DNA of 64,000 nucleotides from the sequence record MK773491.1; one strand, 5' to 3'. Positions within the stretch are counted from its first letter, which is position 1. Every line of letters starts with the position of its first letter. Below the pieces are notes generated by a model. That model saw only the letters and a program-made list of their open reading frames with translations, did not search any database and was not told where the DNA came from. Below, piece by piece: positions 46,949-57,192 of this stretch. Both the position numbers and the translations under genes were made by a program.

Positions 46949-49615
46949 TTGACAAGCCTCCATATATAGAGCCATTGTCTCAGCACGACGAGTTGTTTGT
47001 CTGTACCATAGAGAATCACGTATATGATGTGCTGCTAACTTATAATTACCTTGTTGCAATGCTTTGAACATACCTTTAAATTTACCAAGTGCTCCTGCAC
47101 CCATTTGATATGCCATTTCAACTAAAACGATCTGACACAAATAAGGTGTTTGTAAACTATATTGTGCATATAATCTTTTAGCACCATCAACTGAACGTTG
47201 TAAATCTTTAATTAATATTTGCTTCGCTTGTTCTGGTGTGATACCATTGTTGAATACACCACTAGCACGTTCACTGGCGGTTACCAAGTGACCATATCCA
47301 ATGTCCTGTCCTTTAACTGGATCTGGGAAGACCCAGAATTTACCATTACGGAAGTGTCCTACTTTAGTTTGGTACGCAATAGTACCTTCAAAGTTAATGG
47401 TATCGTTAACAAGTTTTTCATCAGTTGCTAGTACTTTCCATCCTACCGCAGTTTTATCAACAGGGCCAAGTGAAATAGCAGGTGTATCATCATTAACCGA
47501 AACTTGTCGTTTTGCGGTTTTTCTACGCGGAACATGTCGAGAACCACGTTGTGAATATCCACTACCAATACTCTTAACTTTAGTCATTACAACTAATTCA
47601 TCACTGTTTTCCGAATAGGTTGTTGCATCCATTTGTGGAGCATTAGGGTTACTAGGTTGACCACCAGTTAATCCTTTATTTGCTGCATCTGCACCTTCAC
47701 CCGTTACAGTTGCGTAGAATTTACCCGGATCAACAGTTCCACTGAAACCATATAGATTTGCAGATACACGGCGAATTTCAAATTGGATAACACCTTTACC
47801 AGTACCGATAACATCACCTTTCTGTACTCTAACACCATTACGTACACTAACATTCAATCCATAGAATACTGACTTATAACCTGTCATGTGAGCTACTACC
47901 ACACCATCCGTACCAATTGTAGTTATAGTACCAAAATCTGGTGCTACCACTTCACCTTTAGTTTGAATTGTCCAACCATACCTATCAGCGGTTTTACCTT
48001 CTTGTGTTGGAACACTCTTACCCCAATATCCAAATTCACGAATAGTACCAGTACAAGGCATAAACATATACAATCCTTCGAAAGTTTGTGTATATGTCAT
48101 ACTGTCACTAGAATATAGTAAATCTTGAGTTACAACTTGAGAAACTTCTTGAGTACTGTTAATGTACTGAACAGCTTCGTATTCAGCTTCTTCCGGGATC
48201 ACTGGTTCAACATCATTAGCGGGTTGTGCGGGTTGTGCTTGTGATGCACTACTTGATCCGCCGCCACCTTGAGGTGGTTTCATTGCATCACTGTGATTTT
48301 CTGCGTTAGAGAACTGTGCGTGATAGTGAATGTGTTCATTTAATCCAACTTGTGGTGATTTAAAATCTGGAGCACCCATAACGGCAGTGCTTGCAGTACT
48401 TCCACTTTTGACAGTTAAGCTATTACCACCACCCGATAAGTTTACAACACTACCTGAAATATCAACGTTAGATCCAGCAGTGATTGCAGTATTACTTCCA
48501 GAAGTAATATCCACACTAGAACCAGCTTGTGCACGTAATGAAGAACCAGCAACTATGCGAATATCTGCACCGCCATTAATTACTACTTGTCCACCAATTT
48601 TACTATCTAATGAACCGACTAAATTCAATTTAGTATTTCCGGCAACACTACATTGCATATCAGCACCAGCTTGTAAGTTAATATTACGTCCAGCTACCAA
48701 GTTAATATCTAAACCCATCCGAGCATTTAGACTTTTATCCCCATGTATCATAATATCACCGTCAGGTGTCATTTCAATACGAGCAGTACCATCTCGGTTG
48801 ATGATAAAAACAGAACCAGTAGCTTCTGAAAGAAGTAGTTGTGCACCACTACGAGTTCGTAGTACAATACCTTCGTTTTTACGAGTTCCTATAGCAGTAT
48901 CGTTTACCGGGTTGTTAACTTGTGTATCTTGATACCCATCTGGATCTTGGTTCCAGTTTTGTTTGTTTAATTCCGCTTCGGTATATCCATCATCAAGAAC
49001 AAAACTATTTCCACGTGGGGTACTCATTCCATATACTGTACTAGTTAATGTTCTAGTACTAGAACGGTTTGCCGCACCTTTTTCCTCATCATATAGTAGG
49101 TTTTGTTTTTTGAGACCTTCGATTGTAGGCACGTTTGGATATTTCTCTTGAATGTTGGTTTGGATTGTGTTACGATCATAATCAGTTACTGGTACTGGCA
49201 TATCATAACCACTATTTGGTAAGTTTTCGGTTGCCATGCCAGGAACCATTGTATTCATACGGTCATCGTAAACACATCCAATCCAATATGCATCAAACTG
49301 ACGACCTTGAATGAAAATTACGGCGACTGTACAACCAACATCTGGCGGTACAGCCCAAAATCCATAACCTTTTGGATATTGTTGGTATGAGTTAGCTCCC
49401 GGTACTCCGGGAGTTCTACCTGCAAATGGAGAAAGGTAAGATGCCTCTATCCACGATTCTTTGGAATCACGATCACTTTGTGAACCTTGAATCCAAACTT
49501 TTAATTTACCCGAATGTGTAGGGTCTCGGTTATCCATAACTGTTGCAAGTTGTGGAAAATTAGGATTAAATCTTGTTAATTGATCCTGTGCGAACTGTTT
49601 ACTAGTATCAGCCAT
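46946..49615 (-). CDS. gp5: Baseplate central spike (gp5/VgrG-like): OB-fold, beta-helix, HxH apex, M23-like domain and C-terminal lysozyme
   Basis: DP..SGKLKVWI, GYGFWAVPPDVGC.V.V.F, TPRG..F..DD, LRTRSGAQ, beta-helix repeats, HIHYH, lysozyme motif IGYGH. Start placed at 49615. Confidence 0.85.
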   Translation of the reverse strand: MADTSKQFAQDQLTRFNPNFPQLATVMDNRDPTHSGKLKVWIQGSQSDRDSKESWIEASYLSPFAGRTPGVPGANSYQQYPKGYGFWAVPPDVGCTVAVIFIQGRQFDAYWIGCVYDDRMNTMVPGMATENLPNSGYDMPVPVTDYDRNTIQTNIQEKYPNVPTIEGLKKQNLLYDEEKGAANRSSTRTLTSTVYGMSTPRGNSFVLDDGYTEAELNKQNWNQDPDGYQDTQVNNPVNDTAIGTRKNEGIVLRTRSGAQLLLSEATGSVFIINRDGTARIEMTPDGDIMIHGDKSLNARMGLDINLVAGRNINLQAGADMQCSVAGNTKLNLVGSLDSKIGGQVVINGGADIRIVAGSSLRAQAGSSVDITSGSNTAITAGSNVDISGSVVNLSGGGNSLTVKSGSTASTAVMGAPDFKSPQVGLNEHIHYHAQFSNAENHSDAMKPPQGGGGSSSASQAQPAQPANDVEPVIPEEAEYEAVQYINSTQEVSQVVTQDLLYSSDSMTYTQTFEGLYMFMPCTGTIREFGYWGKSVPTQEGKTADRYGWTIQTKGEVVAPDFGTITTIGTDGVVVAHMTGYKSVFYGLNVSVRNGVRVQKGDVIGTGKGVIQFEIRRVSANLYGFSGTVDPGKFYATVTGEGADAANKGLTGGQPSNPNAPQMDATTYSENSDELVVMTKVKSIGSGYSQRGSRHVPRRKTAKRQVSVNDDTPAISLGPVDKTAVGWKVLATDEKLVNDTINFEGTIAYQTKVGHFRNGKFWVFPDPVKGQDIGYGHLVTASERASGVFNNGITPEQAKQILIKDLQRSVDGAKRLYAQYSLQTPYLCQIVLVEMAYQMGAGALGKFKGMFKALQQGNYKLAAHHIRDSLWYRQTTRRAETMALYMEACQ

Positions 49616-51950
49616 TGCTTGCGGTTCCTTCATCATCATCGGTTAATTGGTCACGTCTACGTAGAGAACGTATTACTAATCCACCCGTTAATTGTTGTGT
49701 AAATGAACCATTTGGCCCGAAATCACTAACAACTTTGTTTACACGGTAGATAGTTTGTGAAAATATTGTTGGAGTATCATAATCTAAGATACCAGTTTTA
49801 TCACTAATCGAAACAACAGGTTTGATATTCAAAAGTAAGTACGCTTCGCTGTTAATCCAGTTAGCAAAGTGAATGTCAGTAGTATCTATTTCCATATCTT
49901 CACCAGCAACTGCTTTTTTGAGATAATTCATGTAAGAAATGTCACTCCATCCTAGCCAAAATGGGTCACCTATTACTTTCATGTCTAATTTACTCAAGAA
50001 AGTACGGTTGTAGTAGTTATCACGCATCAAGCGGCGATCCATTTCGTAACTACCACTGTTATCATTAGCCGAACCTGATGTTGCAGTCTTTATGTTTTCT
50101 GGTTCTACAGGAACCGCATCAATTGTGCCATTTTTACCACCAATACCTTCAGTACCAGCGTATGTCATATCATATTCATTACGATAATCTTCAATGTATT
50201 GTGGGCCAGCACTTTGATAGCCAAACAATTCGTTTTGTTCATCTTCTTGGCCTACTTTCATTTGTTGTGATGCTACGGCTTCAGAATCACGAATGAAACG
50301 TTCTTCTTCTTCTGTTAGAACACGGCCTTTACTTTGTTCATCTTTTAAGTCTTGTGATTTACTCCACATATCCTGTACGTTAGTGCGGATAGATGTATCA
50401 TACACGGTATCACCCAATTGAATGTACTCAGCAGCGTGAGTACCAGTGCGGTTTTCAATATCACGTTGTGTATCAGGGTTACGAGTAACAGCTACGTTAA
50501 ATCCTTGATCGAATTTAAGCTCTAATTGAAGTATTTCGGTGTTTAGACCAGTAAATTGATAGTCATAGCGTTTGATATTCAATTTAGGCTCATTGTTTCC
50601 GGGTTCAGCATACTTTTCAGCATTCTCGAAGAAGTATTCAAAGTTGAATTTGTCATGTTTTAGGTCTTCTTCACTAACAACATCACCAATATTATATTTT
50701 ACAATATAAAAATGGTTCTTATAGGCCAAATTAGCCCTGATTGGGTCATAACCAACATATTTCTGTACTGGAATGATGTTGACAAACTGGCGACGACGAT
50801 CAGTACTGGATTGAATTGGTATACAACAGTCCAATACATCATCAAACGCACGAGAAACCGGAACATCAGCACCCCATGAGAAGTTTTTAGCACCATCAGA
50901 GCCGTTTACTGTGTTTCCGACTTCTTTTGATTGTTTCATATCATAGTTAATAGACATTCCAGCTAATTCATCTGGAACGTGAATCTCATAATACAATCCA
51001 TTTGCAAATTCATCATACCTGTACTGCAAATATCCGTATTGTTTTTGAGCCATTTGATTAAGTTTATCTTGGATTTGTTGAACAAAGTCACCAAAGGTTG
51101 CTGAAGTGCAAGTATAAGGTTCTTTCAACATCCAGTCTTTGTTATCAACCAATCCAGCACGTGCACGTGTCATTTGTAGGTCATACATCATAGTACCACC
51201 GCTATCGGATGCTCGTGCTTTAATAGTATTAATACGAACCGCCCATTTTCTGTTTAAACCGGGGATTCGTTCTGGCTTACCAGTAATTGGATGGAAACCA
51301 ATAAAGTCCATTTCCATTATTAATGGTAAGTCCATAAATTTATTATAACCTAAGTTATTTGCCAAAACAACAAGGTCGTTGAATAAACTCATACCATTGT
51401 TTTCAGAAATCGACATAACACAGTTGTTAAATGAGAAGTTAGATGTTAGTCCGGGAGAAGCAGGGCCAGCAGTAGTGATTTGGACACTATCAATGCTGAA
51501 ACGTCCTGTTACACCACTTTCGGCAATGACGTTTCTTGTCACTTCGGTGTCTGGGTTATCCCAAAATAATTTATATTCTGGTGAACTTAAAGCAAATAAA
51601 GTAAAGTGATACGTGTAATTATCATATTTTAATAGAACGTTATCATATGGTACAACGAAATCATTTAAGTTTGCGTCTGAATAAACACCTTCAGCACTGT
51701 TCCAGTTTTTTGGGCGTTCTCCTGTGACTTTAGCTTTATATGGGTTGGCTGAATTTGGATTCATTCCGGGAACCACACCTTCCCCAACTTCTTTTGCTTT
51801 GTTTACATCAGAGATATTAACCACTGTTTCCTGTTTAGTACTTTCTGCTGCTTGTGCCGCCTTGTATGTTAGTTCATTTGCTTGAGCACCCAATCCAGAT
51901 GTTAGATCATTAAGAGTATTTGATGCTGCATTTGAAATCGTATTTGCCAC
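49608..51950 (-). CDS. Baseplate hub protein (gp27-like)
   Basis: Upstream of the spike gene. N-terminal NVLLKYDNYTYHFTL and C-terminal KLDMKVIGDPFW. Confidence 0.65.
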   Translation of the reverse strand: MANTISNAASNTLNDLTSGLGAQANELTYKAAQAAESTKQETVVNISDVNKAKEVGEGVVPGMNPNSANPYKAKVTGERPKNWNSAEGVYSDANLNDFVVPYDNVLLKYDNYTYHFTLFALSSPEYKLFWDNPDTEVTRNVIAESGVTGRFSIDSVQITTAGPASPGLTSNFSFNNCVMSISENNGMSLFNDLVVLANNLGYNKFMDLPLIMEMDFIGFHPITGKPERIPGLNRKWAVRINTIKARASDSGGTMMYDLQMTRARAGLVDNKDWMLKEPYTCTSATFGDFVQQIQDKLNQMAQKQYGYLQYRYDEFANGLYYEIHVPDELAGMSINYDMKQSKEVGNTVNGSDGAKNFSWGADVPVSRAFDDVLDCCIPIQSSTDRRRQFVNIIPVQKYVGYDPIRANLAYKNHFYIVKYNIGDVVSEEDLKHDKFNFEYFFENAEKYAEPGNNEPKLNIKRYDYQFTGLNTEILQLELKFDQGFNVAVTRNPDTQRDIENRTGTHAAEYIQLGDTVYDTSIRTNVQDMWSKSQDLKDEQSKGRVLTEEEERFIRDSEAVASQQMKVGQEDEQNELFGYQSAGPQYIEDYRNEYDMTYAGTEGIGGKNGTIDAVPVEPENIKTATSGSANDNSGSYEMDRRLMRDNYYNRTFLSKLDMKVIGDPFWLGWSDISYMNYLKKAVAGEDMEIDTTDIHFANWINSEAYLLLNIKPVVSISDKTGILDYDTPTIFSQTIYRVNKVVSDFGPNGSFTQQLTGGLVIRSLRRRDQLTDDDEGTASNG

Positions 51951-51962
51951 AAAAACCTCCTA

Positions 51963-52277
51963 TTATTTGACTCTACGTGGACTACTTAAGTAGGTTTGAA
52001 TTCGTTGCAATGAAGGAATTCGAATTACTGTTCCTGCTTTAAAATCGTATATTGGGTCTACTAAAATATTTGGATTTAGTAGAGCAAAAACGTAATATAA
52101 ACGCTCATTACCATATAATTCATAAGATAAACGCCAAGGTTGTTCATCATACTTGGTTGGAATTGTATAATTAATATCGGAATCAGCAGGTACAATTCCG
52201 ATTGGTAAGTTGTATGCTAAGTACCATGTCTGACGTACTTTTGCATACGGAGAGTACTGACTATATGTAGAAGCCAT
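51963..52277 (-). CDS. gp53: Baseplate wedge protein (gp53/LysM-like)
   Basis: YTIPTKYDEQPWRLSYELYGNERLYYVFALLN...IYDFKAGTVIRIP. Confidence 0.85.
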   Translation of the reverse strand: MASTYSQYSPYAKVRQTWYLAYNLPIGIVPADSDINYTIPTKYDEQPWRLSYELYGNERLYYVFALLNPNILVDPIYDFKAGTVIRIPSLQRIQTYLSSPRRVK

Positions 52278-53008
52278 TAAATGAATCCTCCTTTTCTCAT
52301 TAATGCACCACGTTTAAACGCATTCAAATTGAATTCCTTCGTCATATAATCAGACGTTGGTTGTTCTTCAAGTTGAATTGTTACTGGTAGTTTTTGTGGA
52401 ATCCAAACTTCATTCTCTTTGTTCATTAAACCACGTGCTCTTAGGTTATTAAAGAATGCACGAGAATCTTTATCGGTTATATTGAACTTAGCTGTAATAG
52501 AATCCACTGGTACTTGAATGTATGGTACATCATTTTGGAAACTAAAGTTATAGGATTTGATAATAACTGGAATGTCATTATACATATATCGTCCGTAACC
52601 ACTAAACAATAGAATTGGTGGTGGAGCACCAACAACCGCAACATTTGGGTTGTTCGCTACTGCTGCTTGACGACCAAAGTCCATTAGAGAAGATGCACGG
52701 ATGAAGTTCATACATGCTAAGGTATACATCGCTTCAGTTGCAGTGCTGGAGTAGAAATCTCCTTGTACTGAAATAATGGCGTTAGATGTATTTTTGTAGT
52801 TGTTGTAGTTACTGTTACTATGCATTGTTTGTTGTGTTTCATAGCTTACAGAACGTTGTTCGCTAATAGTAGGTGTATAGTTCCAGACCATCCCATTAGT
52901 ACTGCGAAGTATAGAGAGTAGTGTTGGCTTACTTAAGTTGCCACTATCACCGTATACGTAATTTTGAGCCGCTGGGCGTGGTCTCAATCTGATTCGACGG
53001 TCTATCAT
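52277..53008 (-). CDS. Baseplate tail-tube initiator-like protein
   Basis: GMVWNYTPTI...Y...HSN..Y..Y...ISVQGDF, GAPPPILLFSGYG.YMYNDIPVIIKSYNFS tube-fold motifs. Confidence 0.7.
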   Translation of the reverse strand: MIDRRIRLRPRPAAQNYVYGDSGNLSKPTLLSILRSTNGMVWNYTPTISEQRSVSYETQQTMHSNSNYNNYKNTSNAIISVQGDFYSSTATEAMYTLACMNFIRASSLMDFGRQAAVANNPNVAVVGAPPPILLFSGYGRYMYNDIPVIIKSYNFSFQNDVPYIQVPVDSITAKFNITDKDSRAFFNNLRARGLMNKENEVWIPQKLPVTIQLEEQPTSDYMTKEFNLNAFKRGALMRKGGFI

Positions 53009-53037
53009 AAAAATTCTCCATAAAAAGACTTATAATA

Positions 53038-53045
53038 TATTTATA
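53038..53045 (-). promoter_or_regulatory. Late promoter (TATAAATA) for the baseplate operon
   Basis: Exact T4 late consensus, back-to-back with promoter copy 4. Confidence 0.7.
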
Positions 53046-53048
53046 AAT

Positions 53049-53078
53049 TTGGGACAAACTGGAAAAATGTGATATAAT
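53049..53078 (+). promoter_or_regulatory. TTGGGACAAA / TGTGATATAAT promoter (copy 4)
   Basis: Upstream of gp55-47-46. The spacer is 1 nt shorter than in the other copies. Confidence 0.85.
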
Positions 53079-53129
53079 AGTGAGGTGGGACACGGATCGT
53101 CTCATGAAATTTACATGGAGTGTTACAAT

Positions 53130-53975
53130 ATGATAACTAAACCGAAGCGTAAGAAGTACTTGAATAACGCTGACTTACTAAGAGAGATACATCTCAGTAA
53201 AATGTCGTACTGCTGGCTTATTGATGAGTGCTACAGTATGTATGATTATATCGTTTTTGATGTGGAAGAGATTGATGAGGAACTACTAGAAAAAGCTAGT
53301 GCCGCACGAATCAAACGTCTAAACAATGAAACAGTGGAAGAGATTAGGGCAAAAGAAGGGCTATCAGCGAAGAAAGCCAAAGAAGCTGCTGATGCACGTG
53401 GTCTTATCCTTACATCCGTTCCCATTGATGAAGTTGTTATACGGGTCATCACCGATGAGCATATCCCGGAAGAAAAAGGCGTCAAAATTCGTGTCAACTT
53501 CGAACCCTTCAAACATTACATCGTAGACGAAGATTCCACGTTATATGAAGTTGCTCGTTCTCACTGGATCGGTGATACCGATAGCGGTGAATTCTGTATG
53601 ACACACGGACGAATGACTAATGAACTTGGAAAGATGTTCATCAAACTTGCAGAAGAAATATCCCATAAAACTAACTACCGAAATTATACGTACTTAGATG
53701 AAATGATGGGTGATGCAAGAATCCAACTAGTTAAAAATGCTTTACTCTTTAAAGAAAGTATTTTATACAAAAAAGATAAACCTGCCGTTCAACTAAATCC
53801 TTTTTCTTACTATACATCATTTGTTAATAACGCATTCCGTTCAGTACTAAACACTGAAAAGAATGTACGCAATATTCGTGATGACTTACTCGAATTAAAC
53901 GGGTTTACACCAAGTCATACACGACAAATTGAAATTGAAATGAAAATGATGGAAGGTAAAAATGGCTCTATTTGA
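53130..53975 (+). CDS. gp55: Late-transcription sigma factor
   Basis: YLNNADLL.EI, LGKMFIKLAE..S...NYRNYTYLDEM, NPFSYYT....NAF...L..EK. The GGAG RBS supports a start at 53130. Confidence 0.88.
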   Translation: MITKPKRKKYLNNADLLREIHLSKMSYCWLIDECYSMYDYIVFDVEEIDEELLEKASAARIKRLNNETVEEIRAKEGLSAKKAKEAADARGLILTSVPIDEVVIRVITDEHIPEEKGVKIRVNFEPFKHYIVDEDSTLYEVARSHWIGDTDSGEFCMTHGRMTNELGKMFIKLAEEISHKTNYRNYTYLDEMMGDARIQLVKNALLFKESILYKKDKPAVQLNPFSYYTSFVNNAFRSVLNTEKNVRNIRDDLLELNGFTPSHTRQIEIEMKMMEGKNGSI

Positions 53976-54993
53976 TAAAGCAGTAACTTTTACTGATATT
54001 CATCTAGGATTGAAGAATAATAGTAAAGAACATAATATAGATTGCGTTAACTTCATAAAATTTATGATCAATGAAGCCAAAGAACGTGATATTAAAGTTT
54101 GCATTTTTATGGGAGACTTTTTCCATAATAGAAGTAATGTCAATATTAGTACACTAAACTACGGTTTAGAAATAATGAACTTACTAAATGACAACTTCGA
54201 ACAAACATACTTTCTAGTAGGCAACCATGATATGTATCACAAGAATAAACGTGATATTACAAGTATTAACATGGCAAAGTCATTTGCAAATATCAATTTT
54301 ATTAACAAAATGACAACAATCGATGATTGTACTTTCATCCCTTTTATGATAGACGATGAGTACTTGCAATTACCGAAACTAACCAGCAAATATGTTTTTG
54401 GTCACCTCGAATTACCCGGTTACCTATTAAACAAAATGGTTGAAATGCCAAATCATGGTAAAGAAACACAAGAATCTTTCAATGGCTGTGAATATGTCTT
54501 TAGTGGTCACTTCCACAAACGACAATCAAAAATCACACCAACTGGTACACGAATTATCTATACTGGTAACTGTTTCCCACATAACTTCTCAGATACATGG
54601 GATGATGCACGTGGTATCATGTTTTTAGAACATAACAAAGAACCACAATTCAAAGCATGGGATAATGCACCAAAGTATAGAACTTTCACTCTTTCGGAAA
54701 TGCTAAATGAACCGTCATACTACATTCAAGATAATGTAATTGCTAAAGTTCAAATAGATATTCCAGTAACAATGAATGAAATTGGCTACATTCGTGAAGT
54801 ATTCAGTAAGCTATACAATATTCGTGAATTCAATATTGTGAATAGTAAGAAAGCTCTACAAGAAAGTTTAGAATATGGTGAAGTGGAAACTTCCACGGAA
54901 TCAGTAGATGAAATTGTACTAAAACAAATTCAAGAGATCGATTCACCTATGTTTGACAAAAATCTACTAATGCAAATTTATACATCACTTTAA
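53962..54993 (+). CDS. gp47: Recombination nuclease subunit (Mre11/SbcD-like)
   Basis: FTDIHLG, FMGDFFHNR, VGNHD, GHLE, SGHFH, YTGN metallophosphoesterase motifs. Confidence 0.95.
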   Translation: MALFDKAVTFTDIHLGLKNNSKEHNIDCVNFIKFMINEAKERDIKVCIFMGDFFHNRSNVNISTLNYGLEIMNLLNDNFEQTYFLVGNHDMYHKNKRDITSINMAKSFANINFINKMTTIDDCTFIPFMIDDEYLQLPKLTSKYVFGHLELPGYLLNKMVEMPNHGKETQESFNGCEYVFSGHFHKRQSKITPTGTRIIYTGNCFPHNFSDTWDDARGIMFLEHNKEPQFKAWDNAPKYRTFTLSEMLNEPSYYIQDNVIAKVQIDIPVTMNEIGYIREVFSKLYNIREFNIVNSKKALQESLEYGEVETSTESVDEIVLKQIQEIDSPMFDKNLLMQIYTSL

Positions 54994-55004
54994 TGGAGTA
55001 AAGA

Positions 55005-57161
55005 ATGTTAACCATCAAAAAAATAACAATGAGAAACTTCTTCTCATTCGGGAATGCCCCACAAGAACTTGAATTTCAAGGTAAAGATATCTCACTTGTA
55101 CTAGGACAGAATAACGATGTTGTAGTTGATGGTGGTGATAGTACTGGTAGACGCAACGGTGTTGGTAAATCAGCACTTATTCAAGGTCTTGTATTTGGTT
55201 TGTATGGTAAAAGCATTGGTAATGATATCAAAATACCTAACCTAGTAAACAAAATTAATACCAAATACTGTGAAGTTACGGTAGAATTTGAAAAGAACGG
55301 TGTTGAGTATAGAATTGAACGTGGGAGAAGTCCCACGTATTTTAATTTTCTTACACTAAAGGATGGAGTTGTCATAGAAGATGATTCCAGAGGTGAAAAG
55401 AAAGATACTCAAGAAGAACTAAATGAAATTCTAGGTATTTCTCAAACTCTTTTCGAACATATTGTAGTATTAAATGCTAACGTAGACCCTTTCCTATCAC
55501 TAAGTGCACAAAAGCAACGTGATATGATTGAAGAACTACTTGGTATTACACAATTGACAGAAAAAGCTGAACTTCTAAAGGATATGCAAAAGGATTCTAA
55601 GAAATTAGCAGAGCAAGAGAAGTTTAAAATCGATACATTACTTGCATCCAACGAAAGAATCCAAAAAAGTATTGAGAATCTTCAAGTACAAGCAAATACA
55701 TTTGAAACTAATAAGCAAAATAAGATTGATAGTCTTAAAACACAGCTTAATGAGTTTGATTTTGCAGATAAATTTGGGTTTGAACCACTCTATGAGAGTG
55801 CTAAAGAAATGGAAGATGCAATTGAACATAATAACAAGCGTTCTGTACTAGAAAATCGTTTGAATAGTCTAATGCAAAAGCGTGAACAATATGATCAACA
55901 ACTATCAACAAACAAAAGCCTAATTCTACAGAAGATTAATGAGCTAAAAGCCATTGATATTGAAGCTGAGTTGAAACAACACGACGAACTAGAAATGTGG
56001 CATCAGTTAGAAGATATTCTAAAGACCAATATGAATACTAAGATGTTCAAAGAGCAGTCTATAAGACAAAGTAAGTCTGAATTGGAACGTCTCAAAAACT
56101 CATTGACGAAAGAAAATGAGAAATTGTCCACAATTGAAGATAGTAAGTGTCCAATGTGTAATAGTACTTTAGAAAATGACCATAATCATTCAGAAATGGT
56201 CTCTAAAATTAATAACACAATTGAAGAACTAACTTCACAGATTTTACAGGCCGAATATAAGATTTCTACAACACTAGAAGAGATTGATGAACTCGAAATA
56301 TTCGAAATGCCACCAAAACCTACCACTAAATATGCGACTCAAGCAGAAGCTAAACTTCACGAGCATAAACTATCTGAATATTTGAAAAAGTATGAAGAAG
56401 ATGAAGTGAATATCTATGATGATGAGCTAGTCAGTACTTATACTGAATTGGAAGGTATGGAGTTAAAAGAGTATGATGTAGTATTCAGTACTCAAGAAGT
56501 ACAACAACTTGAAATGACATACAAATCATTAAAAGAACAATTGGTACGTGAAGAATCTAATGATAACCCATATATTACACAAATAGAGACGTTAAAGACG
56601 GATTCTCTACAAGTGGTGGACTATAATCAATATAATGAGTTAGAAAAACTATCAACTCACCAAGATTTCCTAGTAAAACTACTACTTAATAAAGATTCTT
56701 ATGTCCGTAAACGTATCATTGAGCAAAATATCTCGTATCTTAACAACAGATTGCAATTTTACATTGAGCAATGTGACTCGGAGCACTTTGTGAAGTTCAT
56801 GAATGACCTAAGCGTGGAGATTACACTCAATGAACAGTCCTATGACTACAAACAATTGTCTCGTGGTGAGCGTACACGTGTAAACGTGGCCTTGTCATTG
56901 GCATTTAGGGACACCTATGAGTCATTATATCAAGGAATAAACCTAATTATGATTGATGAGATGATTGATGTGGGTCTAGATCCATCTGGTGTATACCGTA
57001 TGTGGACTATTTTCTCGGATTTAGCAGTAATTCAACGTAAAAACGTGTTTGTTATTTCCCACAAAGAAGAACTACTCAGTAAAACAGACAATATTCTTAA
57101 GATTGTCAAAGAAGATGGTTTTAGTACTATCGAATTAGCGTCACTTGATGACGTTTATTAA
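55005..57161 (+). CDS. gp46: Recombination ATPase subunit (Rad50/SbcC-like)
   Basis: RNFFSFGN, Walker A RNGVGKS, coiled coil with CPMC zinc hook, LSRGE signature, IDEMIDVGLD, VISH. Confidence 0.95.
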   Translation: MLTIKKITMRNFFSFGNAPQELEFQGKDISLVLGQNNDVVVDGGDSTGRRNGVGKSALIQGLVFGLYGKSIGNDIKIPNLVNKINTKYCEVTVEFEKNGVEYRIERGRSPTYFNFLTLKDGVVIEDDSRGEKKDTQEELNEILGISQTLFEHIVVLNANVDPFLSLSAQKQRDMIEELLGITQLTEKAELLKDMQKDSKKLAEQEKFKIDTLLASNERIQKSIENLQVQANTFETNKQNKIDSLKTQLNEFDFADKFGFEPLYESAKEMEDAIEHNNKRSVLENRLNSLMQKREQYDQQLSTNKSLILQKINELKAIDIEAELKQHDELEMWHQLEDILKTNMNTKMFKEQSIRQSKSELERLKNSLTKENEKLSTIEDSKCPMCNSTLENDHNHSEMVSKINNTIEELTSQILQAEYKISTTLEEIDELEIFEMPPKPTTKYATQAEAKLHEHKLSEYLKKYEEDEVNIYDDELVSTYTELEGMELKEYDVVFSTQEVQQLEMTYKSLKEQLVREESNDNPYITQIETLKTDSLQVVDYNQYNELEKLSTHQDFLVKLLLNKDSYVRKRIIEQNISYLNNRLQFYIEQCDSEHFVKFMNDLSVEITLNEQSYDYKQLSRGERTRVNVALSLAFRDTYESLYQGINLIMIDEMIDVGLDPSGVYRMWTIFSDLAVIQRKNVFVISHKEELLSKTDNILKIVKEDGFSTIELASLDDVY

Positions 57162-57165
57162 CACT

Positions 57166-57192
57166 AAAGGGAGCTATTAGCTCCCTTTTTTT
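57166..57192. terminator. Bidirectional terminator; the endonuclease VII stop codon lies in its loop
   Basis: AAAGGGAGCT-ATT-AGCTCCCTTT followed by a T tract. Confidence 0.8.

Noticed and set aside
8699-53129. Longest-ORF starts at 8699, 11618, 12777, 24341, 49639 and 53085
   Set aside because: RBS position and promoter placement favour downstream starts (8714, 11630, 12816/12819, 24296, 49615, 53130).
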